A DNA stretch of 62,900 nucleotides, counting the filler, from Sphacelaria rigidula (taxonomy: Eukaryota): NCBI GenBank assembly GCA_964200075.2. It is 8 parts of 8 records of this genome, joined end to end, with 100 filler letters (N's around TTAATTAATTAA, not from the genome) between each part and the next. Parts side by side here need not be neighbours in the genome. Positions count along the whole stretch, not along the records: positions 47,252 to 55,026 come from CAXNAA020013501.1; positions 55,127 to 62,900 come from CAXNAA020013502.1; 6 more parts are not named here. One strand, written 5' to 3'. Within the stretch, counting starts at the first letter, position 1. The number at the start of each line of letters is the position of its first letter. The notes beneath the pieces were generated by a model. That model did no database searches and was not told the DNA's origin. It saw nothing but the letters and a program-made list of their open reading frames with translations. Both the position numbers and the translations under genes were made by a program. This document shows, in pieces, positions 53,359 to 62,900 of the stretch.

Positions 53359-53553
53359 ACCGATGGAAGCTCGTGTGGAGTATTCACATGCGCATTTGCA
53401 AACCTCTTCAGTGCCGACGTGGGAGTAATTGACCGGGATCCCGCAATCATTGAGCACGACGGGGAATGGCGGGCGACAAACATGAGGATGAGAATAGCAG
53501 CTGATATCTTGAGGGGAGAAGTGACTAAATCGATGGCGAATGTCCGGTTTTGA
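53359..53553 (+). CDS. Ulp1/C48 domain last exon with the catalytic Cys (TDGSSCGVFTCAFA...MRMRIAADIL)
   Basis: PQQ|TDGSSCGVF matches the QxNxxDCGVF motif; TGA at 53551-53553; absent from the ORF track. Confidence 0.85.
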   Translation, partial: TDGSSCGVFTCAFANLFSADVGVIDRDPAIIEHDGEWRATNMRMRIAADILRGEVTKSMANVRF

Positions 53554-55386
53554 GGTTGCTTTACAGGTTCGGGATGACGCCTGCCACAACACATCTTCCC
53601 CGTGTCTCGATATTTTCCACACCCCGCTCCCTTTCCCCCAACATATCGTAGCGAGTGTTTCGATTTTGCTTTAGCGGGTACGACTTTGATGTGACCATGG
53701 CTTGATCCTTGGGGCGGGGGGGGCGGGCTTGAAGTGTGACAAGCACTCAACCAATCTATCCATTTCGGGGGACAACATTAAGGTGGTTTGCTACCGGCCC
53801 GATCTTGTTATAGAGTGTGAACATAGGAGAAAACCGTTATTACGGAATACTAGAGCTTGATTTGCATACGTCTGGAATGGTTCATCTGCTTTGTCATCGG
53901 GGTCAGGAGTTTCGACGGTCGCTCTCCTCCTAGGCTCAGGTTCCGGCGCCGTGCGCTTGTCTTCAATAATGGTTTCAGGTGGGAACGTCTCGGAGTTACG
54001 TTATGGACCGCGGCCATATGAAGTGTCAGTACTAGCAGGTTCCGACGAGCTGTAGTCGGACACGGCCCCAGACAGGGAGAAGTTTTGGAGAGGAATGTCT
54101 CGGGGGTTGTTTCGTGGACCGCGGTCATATGAAGTACGAGCACTTCCAGGTTCGACGGACCTATAGACATATATGGCTTGATTTCTTTACATTTCGGATG
54201 ATTGCTCTGCTGTGTATGTAAGGTCAGGGTTTTCGACGCTCGCTCCCTCCCTAGGCCGAGTGAGGTCGTGCAACGCGGGCACACGACGTCTCAGTACTTG
54301 CGGGTTCCGAAGAGCTGCAACCCGAGACGGGTCGTGTGGACTTTTGTGTTCCATGTAACAGTTGGAAGATAGCGTTTTCACGGACTGCTTGCGCTTGGTC
54401 GATGAGTATGTGGGGTGCTTGGTCTGCGTTATGTTCGACACCAGCGTTTTCGACGCCCGCTCTGTACCTGCGCTGGGGTTCCACTTATTTGGTTTCGCTA
54501 ACCCTTGCGATGTTTTTCTGTGCGCACTGTCTATAAAGGAGCGCTGCAGGAGTAGCTTGTGGACCGCGCCTGAATGAAATCTCAGTACTTGCAGGTTGGC
54601 ATGACTTTTTCGCAGACATTATGTTCCGCTTGATCAAGTATTTGTGGATCACTCTCTGCGATCCGTTGTGATGCTTGAGAGGACCGCGTGCTTAGAGGAC
54701 CGTATTTAAGTTCTAAACACCTCAGTACCCGGGAGTGCCAAGCCACATGAGGGCCGTTTATGCAGCTGGAAGCCGTGCGTCCCGATCATCAATACGTGTC
54801 TGCCTTTGCTACCCCTGGCTCCATAAAGTGCGCGGCCCAAAACACCTCAGCACCTGTGATTAACGTGTAATGCGTGAGAGGACCGCGTGCTTCGAGGATC
54901 GCGCGGTAGTTCAAAACACCTCAGGATCGACGTTTTTCAGAACCAATCGGGTCAGTCCCTGGAGGTACCACGCCCCTGACCATAACCCTAACACTAACCC
55001 TGACCCTGACCCTAACCATAGAGATGNNNNNNNNNNNNNNNNNNNNNNNNNNNNNNNNNNNNNNNNNNNNTTAATTAATTAANNNNNNNNNNNNNNNNNN
55101 NNNNNNNNNNNNNNNNNNNNNNNNNNTGTATATTGCCTGATGCGCACGACACCCAAATCATAGGACAGACAGTTTGTACCTGAAAATAGGTTGGATAAAA
55201 CTTTCGGTCTTCATCTAACCCTGCCGTTACATTCGTTGATTTTTAGCAGCATGAAGCCACTGTTTCATGTATATGCAGGACACGTCATTCCTAACCAGCC
55301 TCGTTGGTCGTTCTGGAGGCCCAGTCCCAAAAGGGTCAAGATACCACATCCCCTAGGCAGATTTTCAAAGCTCACTTACTCCTCAC

Positions 55387-55466
55387 CAGAAGCGATGCTA
55401 GGGCTGAACTGGACGGCGTTGCAACCATCTCTTCGAGAGAAAGTAATCGAGCTTCGAAAATCGCTC
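55387..55466 (-). CDS. Possible internal exon of the unknown minus-strand gene (AIFEARLLSLEEMVATPSSSALASLL)
   Basis: ctcag| acceptor, |gtgagg donor, open frame. Confidence 0.3.
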
Positions 55467-56304
55467 CTGAGGGTGTGGTATCTCAAGCAAACTACGATAG
55501 TCACCAGTGAACAGCAGTGCACACATGATGTACAGCAGCGGGCAGTGTGCAAATTGGCATCATAGCAGCGGCGGCATGCGGTGATACAGCTGTCTTGCGA
55601 GTATATTTCGTCGTCGTGCAAGAGGTGGTTGATCACAGCGGGCCGGGTGCGGTATTGGTTATACTGTTTTCATTTCTACCATCACTATTCTGTATGTTTC
55701 GATCGAATGAGCGCATATCTCGACTCTGCACATTCATTAGAAAAGGAAAAGGTGCCAAACCTCGAACATGCACAAACTCAAATGCAAGCTCTTTTTTTTC
55801 AACGTTTTTCACTACCAATAACGGGCACGTCGGCAGCATGCGTCAATTTTAATTTTTAGATGCCAAAAATATATATATTTGTAAGTCACCAACCAAGGAG
55901 AAAAAACCACTAGGCTTGCAACAATTAGAATGTCCAGACTAATGGATATAGGGGAAAATAAATCCAACACTCGTCAAGTATGAAGGAAAGGCGAAGCAAC
56001 AGTAACATCTCCTTATACTCCGAAGGGCAGCTGTTTTCTACTGTTATCTGCAGCTTTGGATTGATCGTGACCTCATAATATCTACTCCGCCACGCCACCC
56101 GTATGTTGCCGTTGGTAAACATCCCTGGTGAATCACATCACTAAACCCTAAACCCCACGAGGCACCTGTGGTTACTCTGTCGCCTTCTATCCTACGAATA
56201 CATATTGCATCCATTCGCACACCGTGCAATCGCTCTACAGATATACTCGCAAGGGCAACCTGTGAACACTGCGGAAATTGGGCTAATGTGACGAAAAATA
56301 AACA

Positions 56305-56444
56305 AAAATATCGAGCGTATCGATATTCGATATTGATATTGATACATGTCACATATATCGGTTTTCTACGCTCCGATACCGATATGGCATATCGCCGATA
56401 TCTATCGAAATCGTATCGACTATCGATATCCGATGTGCAACCCT
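56305..56444. mobile_element. hAT-like MITE end with ATATCG/CGATAT subterminal repeats, ending GTGCAACCCT
   Basis: Dense atcgatat-type repeats next to an AGGGTTGCAC-like terminus. Confidence 0.45.
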
Positions 56445-57581
56445 CCCAGACACATCATTCCTGACCAACCTCATTGGTCGTTCTGGAGGCCCGGTCCCAA
56501 AAGGGTTAAAAACCGTTCCGATATCTGCGCGGTACATTCGTACTCGGCATCTGATGCGGACGCCTTCCGTGGTCACACGCTAGCAGAAAAAAAGAAGATT
56601 AAAACTCACAAAACGCGATACAAGCAAAATAGGAATAAATAGTAAAGAAGAAAAGGAGTACATATGGCTTAACCTCAGAAGATCCGGTGCCGTAGGTGGC
56701 CACTCGGACTTCAGGGGGTGGCACTCATTAGACAAGTTCTGGATGAAAATGATACACAACTTGCTCGTGGACAACCACCAGGATAAGAAGCCCATGCCGC
56801 TAGTTGCCTACAATTGAACAACTCTCGGGTAGAAGACCTGCGTGGCAGTAGAACCCGAAAGCACTCTGGTCGCCTGAGCACGGTAGTGGTCACTGTCTGT
56901 TTCGCAGAATCAGCGATGATTGAGGGTACTTAATTTCGTCCTCGTATACAGTACTGCTGTAGTAAAGTACTGTAGCACCGTCAGTAGTGGATCCACGACT
57001 ACAGTACATGTTTATTGCACGGCCGAAAACAGTGCACTTTCAAAGTACAGATGCGGGGGAAAACATACTGTGTATGTTATATACGATATATATATATATA
57101 CATGATATTTTTGTTACATTACGGGGGGGGGTATCGGGAGGATATGACATGACCTATATCAGATACGATCTACAGACAGTTCGTTACATGTGGACGGATC
57201 GTTACTTACTGTCGACCTGTGTCCATTGTTCTACAGAACGAGTACTCGAATATCCAGTTTGTAAATATGGGCGATATCGGTTCGACAACCTGTCGTCGGG
57301 AGAGTCTCGATCAAACTACAGACTGGTGTTGATACCATTAACAGTAACCAACCGACCACGGATTATGCAGACACACGAAGACATGGAACAGCTGCATATC
57401 CGCCACGACGACTTCCTCTCTTGTCGCTCTTCCTCATGTCGACCTGCTTTACTCAACTGTCATTTTGTCTGTAATATACTGTGAAAGACGTACCCTTTTC
57501 AGCAGTCTGCTGCTACTGATCTATTCCTAGTTCGTCAGACACGGGATATTTCAAAAGTAGGGATACGAAAAAAATAGTCAC

Positions 57582-57707
57582 CTCGATATTGTCTCCATAA
57601 TCCATAAGCGATTGAAGCCCTGGATCAAGTTTGACCACACGTTCCTGAACGGATGTACCGTCCAGGGCAGCGGTGGCCGCACTTCGCTTGCTGGGCGTCT
57701 TAACCAT
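57582..57707 (-). CDS. First coding exon of an unknown gene (MVKTPSKRSAA...DYGDNIE)
   Basis: aacATGg start, gag|gtgact donor, 42 codons. Confidence 0.5.
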
Positions 57708-58199
57708 GTTGGCTACTACAAAACAGCATACGACTAAACAGGTTTTTCCTGTCTGTGCCAGTGAGACGACACAAGAAAACAAGCAATTCGCAAATTTTAC
57801 TCTGGTGATCAGACCCGTGGTGGGAAGATGGTATCTCACTCTGAGGATCCTATAATTTCCTCTTCTCATCGTCAGAGACTGAAAACTGAACGCACAATAA
57901 GGGTATGTCGCAGCCTCAACACCTACACCGTAAAAATCACTTTCTTTTGTGATGATTACGCCCTTAATCAGCTAGCTGTGAAAATTTCCCCCTAATGAGC
58001 AAGTAAGAAAGAATTATGGAATATATCTCATGTGGGAAAATATGTCGCCAGGAGAATAAAGATGGAAGATAATTTGGAATAGCGCTACGATTCATAGGGA
58101 ATACTTGATCGCGGGTCTGACAATAAGCTATTACTGCGGGGGCCGGTTGACGGAAAATTCGCCCAGTACACAGGTGCTGCAGGTGGCTACTCTGTCAAG

Positions 58200-58910
58200 A
58201 TGGGGCCGCTCAAATCTGATTTAGACCTCAAGAGGTCACAGCAGTTGCCCAGACGACGGCATCAGCAATCCCGCCAGCCCTCTGCGTTCATGAATTTCGT
58301 GGCAAATTTCAATCCCACAAGATGCGGACTTCTGATGATGCTGGGTGTGCTCATCGTACTGTCCTTAGAGTTCGTGCTGATGCACCTGGACGTCGTCCAC
58401 CGGCCGCACTACGTGGGTCGATTGGCCACACAGGATGGTGGCCGGCCTTGGGAACCGGGGGGGGGTAGGGGGGGGCAGGAAATATCCTTGCAAAATAGGC
58501 CACCGGAATACCCGGGAAATAATCTTCCAGAACCACAGGGACAGTCGCGTCAAGATAGAGTTGTCGATCCTCTCAGTGGGGCGACTGTCGATGGTGACAA
58601 AATAGGAGGCGGAACACCAAACGAGCTCGTGCCTGGTAATGCTGGCATACTGCAACAGCCCGACGATGGTGATGGTGGAGGAGGGGCCCTGTCCGGACCA
58701 TCACGGCCTGCGGAAGAAGGTCTCGGAGATAATCTTCAGGCTACTCTAGGACCCCTGGGAACAGAGGAGAGAAACGGGGGGTACGGAGACATGCGAATAG
58801 CCGTCTTGGTGCCGTATTCTGGCCCTGGTTTGCCAGTGTGGTTCGACGCCTTCACGGACCTAGCAGCGGCCAATAGCAACCTTATGGACTGGATAATATT
58901 CTGCGAGAAA
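58200..58910 (+). CDS. Exon encoding the N-terminus of a type II membrane protein with a DUF6625-like (putative glycosyltransferase) domain
   Basis: N-terminal TM helix (GLLMMLGVLIVLSLEFVLM), Gly/Pro stem, then RIAVLVPYSGPGLPVWFDAF...NSNLMDWIIF, resembling the DUF6625 IIPYFGxLPxWFxxF...NxxIDWLIF motif; |gtgaga donor. Confidence 0.75.
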
Positions 58911-59494
58911 GTGAGAGGACAATTTGTTGTGGAGAGTGGGAGTTGAATGTCAAGGTCGGCGGTACGCGCGTACTCGAGAGGGTGCGGGACGGATTTTGAT
59001 TTTCAAGCGCACAGACTACTGTACTGTATTGCTGCACTGTTGTGTTACACTACTGTACGATACAGCTGTACGTCATTTCCAACAACCATCGCGTCTTCCC
59101 GCCGCTGGTGCGCTGCAGGTAACTGTTTAGTCCGACCCCAAAGTCATACTTGGGTCTCGAAGCTTGTCCCATCGGAAATATAGTACGCCAAATATAGTCG
59201 TTGCCAAACGTGTCGCAAATGCTGTTGCCATGACCTTTCTTCTTTACATTTGAATTCCTTGTACACACATATTCCAGTCCCTGTCTCCTTCGGCTCGTAT
59301 TTCGGTACTGGTTTCACACACAAGTTGGTCCGATGACCGCACCCGCAAGAGCGGTTAGGGCCAGTGCGGTAGAGTTCTTGGTTCCTCGCGAACCTGTGGA
59401 CGCAATACCATGGTTGAAACATTCTTACGGTTCATGGTTGAAATATGCTGTTGTTTTCGTTGGGATATCATGGTCAAGTCCTCACGCGGCTTAA

Positions 59495-59702
59495 CCCTTA
59501 GACCGCGAGGTTAGTCTTCTGTCGAATCGGCATCAATGTCAAGTGAAAAATAGTGTGCATGATCCAGAAAGACTAGCCTCGCGGTCTAAGGGTTAAAGGG
59601 TTAACCCTTAGACCGCGAGGTTGGTCTTCTGTTGAATCGGCATCAATTTCAAGTGAAAAAAGGTATGCATGATCCAGAAAGACTAATCTCGCGGTCTAAG
59701 GG
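59495..59702. mobile_element. Two tandem 98-bp piggyBac-like MITEs (59495-59592, 59605-59702)
   Basis: TTAA-CCCTTAGACCGCGAG TIRs; the copies are separated by TTAA-AGGG-TTAA. Confidence 0.88.
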
Positions 59703-60851
59703 TTGAATTCCTAACGATTCGCCCGGAGGGTTGAGCTGGAGACGAAGAACTTCGAGATTTGGTTTGTTACGCGAGGGCTGTTGACGCTCTGATTGAGGCA
59801 GCTACACGGTCGTTGAGACCTTGTCGACGGGCAACTTGGGTCCTCTCACAGAATCAGGATCCTTTCGATTGACCATCCCCGTCGCGTTGCATACTCAGGA
59901 ACAATCGGTACTGGCTTGGTGTGGATACATAACTTCATGAGGGTTGATATTTAAATATTCCATACCCTGGACACCAGGGTACATTGACAAAAGGTAGGAC
60001 TGAGAACTGGCAGCTCTGGGAAGTCAAGTTCATTGAACTGGCCGCGCCAGCGCTCAGTAAATCGATGTTTTCCCTGTTAATCGGGTTCGCCGATTAACTG
60101 GGAAAACATTGACGGTGACTTGAGCCGCGAGCCCCAACGGTTTCCCCCGGCTGGAGAGGGGGCCTCGCGGAAGCGCCGCCGGAGGCAAGAAAATTTGCGG
60201 TTTTCCGCTTGTTTCCCCTTGAAAAATGTGAACGTTGTGAAAAATGTGACCCCTGATATTGAGGAGCTGATAGACTTTCATGGCATTGAAATTCCATCCA
60301 AAGCCGTGAGCGATTCGAGAAACATTCATCTGTAGCGTGCACCAGCAAAGACTCTCCGTGAGGAGCGGAGGATGGGAACTAGAAAGCCAAGGTTGGCAAC
60401 ACGCCGGGGTGAGAGGGCGAAATTATTCACGTCCGAGCCGACAAACACGCATGTACTTGAATAGCAGGGTGTATTTTGTGTTTTGTGGTCGCGGGTTACC
60501 GTCTGTTGTTTTTGTGTTCAAATGTCGTGCAATGAAACAACAAACCTTGGCATTTATACCCGCTGTATCACTTCGAGGTGTAGCGAGTATGTGCTGCATC
60601 ATGTGCAAGCGCTCTTCATCATGCAAATTAAAAATAGCAAGTGGTCTTTGGCGTTCGGCAGCTCCGCATCAAGCGTCCCGCCGTAAATAAGTCGCAATTC
60701 CCGTCTTTCTTCATTTTCCTCATACGATGGACTAGTCGCCGACCTACACGCTACGGCCGACAGGGACGGAAAACTGCGGAACCACGAGGTATCAACGAAG
60801 CAGACGGGACATACAGGCTGGGTCGCCGAAAATGCGAACAAGATTGTCGAC

Positions 60852-61467
60852 ACGCGGGTCTTGAGCTCAATTTTGAGTCGTTTTTGATGAAATTCTGACA
60901 CGATGTACAGGACGTACATGCAAAGATCCCCGGAATCCCCCCCTGTTTTTTTGTTTTCTTCTTGAGTTATTGGCGACGGAACATTTCAGAACAATTTTCG
61001 GAACAAAATCGCTAAGAACTAAGGAAGAAAAAAAAAGGGGGGATTTAAGGGGTCTTTACATGTACGTCCTGTAGATCATGTCAGAATTTCGTCGAAAACG
61101 ACTCAAAATTGAGCTCAAGACTCGCGTCATGCTGTCGTAAACCCGATCCCATGGTATATGCAGATGGACCAACCACGAATAGTTCAAACGCGTTTATGCT
61201 GTTCAATTTCAACTTGTTTTCGACGACATTTTGACACGATGTACAGGACGTATGTGCGGAGACCCCTCTTTCCCCCCCCCCCCCTCCCGTTTTTTTTCTT
61301 TCTTCGTGAGTCACTGGGAATTTTGTTCTGAAATGTTCCATCGCAAATAACGCCCGATGACAAGAAAAAAAACACGGGAAGAACGAAGGGATGTTCGCAC
61401 ATATATCCTGTACATCATGTCAAAATTTCATCGAAAACGACTAAAAATTGAGCTCGGGAATTGCGTC
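60852..61467. mobile_element. Two adjacent foldback units with ~75-bp inverted arms (60852-61127, ~61186-61467); partial copy at ~32130-32310
   Basis: gacacgatgtacaggacgta / tacgtcctgta(g/c)atcatgtc arms. Confidence 0.65.
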
Positions 61468-62900
61468 ATTCTCTCGAAATCCGGTTCCTTTGTGGTTATG
61501 GGGAACGTCAGCCGGAAGTTCGCCCTTGACTTGTCTTCTTCTACTTTCGGCTCAGAGGTCTTCAGAAACTGCTCGTTGGCTCGCACACTATTACCGGACG
61601 CCTTTGCGCGCTAGGGGGCTCGTCTGCGTGCCATCGTGGATACGGCGCGCCTAGTGCGACATGTGTTGTTGTACGATTGCAGCTTGTGTGGCACCACGCG
61701 GCACAACCGACTGTATTCGAAAATCCAATTTCAGCCGTATTATTTTGGCTTATTCCGCCACACATGGTACCCTCAACTCACTACGCTTTTGCGCTTGACT
61801 ACAGTATGGTATTTCGATTGATGATACCTTTTCGGATCGCAGTGCTACATGGATTTGAAGACGCGCGCTGATTTGCCGATTACCACGATGTGTCGTAGTA
61901 GGCACAACTCGCGATACACCGTTACTTGGAACGGGTTGAAGGAAAGTAAGCTTCTGAGGCGGCCCAGCTTGTAGAAAACAGAAAGCATCTTAAGTCAGCT
62001 AGTGACTGGCCCAGAGCAAACCCGTTCTTTATGTGCTATGGTACTACCACAGAACGCCAGACCTGTGCTGCAACAAGCTGTCTGAAACATGGAAGACGAG
62101 GCGTGAAGGTGTGTACTGCTGCTTCACGCGCTATAGACGCAAACAATTTCCATCGATGCCTTCGAAGCGCCCTCCGTCTCAATTGGTACCCCATACGAGT
62201 ATTCCTCTGCAATTGTGAAGTGTAGGCCTCAGTTGTATAGTCAAATTGTTAGGGCTGTGAATTGGACCAGTTTGTACTGACAGTGAAACTGGAACTGGAG
62301 TTTAACTGGAACTGGTGATAAGGACTCCAGTTTATTTGAAGTTTGCCGTTACCGGCTATCTGTATGCCATTTTTAGTATGGTTCGTTTATAACAAAGATG
62401 CTTACATGATAACGGATAAAATGACAATAGGATTGGTATCTGCACCGGACAGCAGTACAGGTACTCACAGTACACAGTAACAGTGGTCACGAAACCTTGA
62501 TATTGCGGAGATATGCCAGGTTTGTCGTTTCATAGCACAACATACATCTGGAAAAAAAATAGCACATAAACGGTAATCCGCGACCACAAAATACAAAGTA
62601 CCCCATGGCCTGCAATTCAACTGCATGCGTGCTTGTGGGTCCGGACGTCGATCATTTTCCGCTCTTATCTCCGCGTGTTGCCAGCCGTGGCTTGTTTGCA
62701 TCCTCCCGTCCTTACGGAAAGTCTGCTGCTGCATATTACACATGCATGGTTTTCGAATCGCTCACCGCTTTGAATGGGTTTTGAATGTCATCGGAGAGTG
62801 CCCCCCAAAAAAACAATCCGAGACCCTATGCCCCTTTTTTTAATCCTGGAGTCCCTCGGGTGGGGGGGGGGGGGGGGGGGTTTACTCATGATTATGCATC

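Noticed and set aside
52744-53622. 292-aa minus-strand ORF
   Set aside because: Antisense shadow of the Ulp1 exons with no motifs of its own

Overview
Eukaryotic, intron-rich and repeat-rich DNA, most consistent with a brown alga or related stramenopile (inferred from long GT-AG introns, TTAGGG-like motifs and poly-G/C runs). The window is not one locus. It is eight pieces of 7776, 7775 (x6) and 7774 bp joined by artificial 100-bp N44-TTAATTAATTAA-N44 spacers, which fits unrelated contigs sorted by length. Spliced gene fragments: the 3' end of a calponin-homology protein (contig 1); three 3' exons of methylcrotonoyl-CoA carboxylase beta (contig 2); three 3' exons of an RMD1/DUF155 gene (contig 3); the 5' exons of a mitochondrial protein, probably 2-oxoglutarate dehydrogenase E1 (contig 4); an unknown poly-Q exon (contig 5); and a DUF6625-like type II membrane protein head-to-head with an unknown gene (contig 8). 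The most notable gene (contig 7) appears to join a divergent USP/C19-like deubiquitinase domain to a Ulp1/C48 SUMO-protease domain, with catalytic residues visible for both; it may be transposon cargo. The rest is tRNA-derived SINEs, LINE remnants with poly(C) tails, piggyBac-like, hAT-like and other MITEs, and a miRNA-like long hairpin. All family calls come from recognising motifs by eye, not from database searches.
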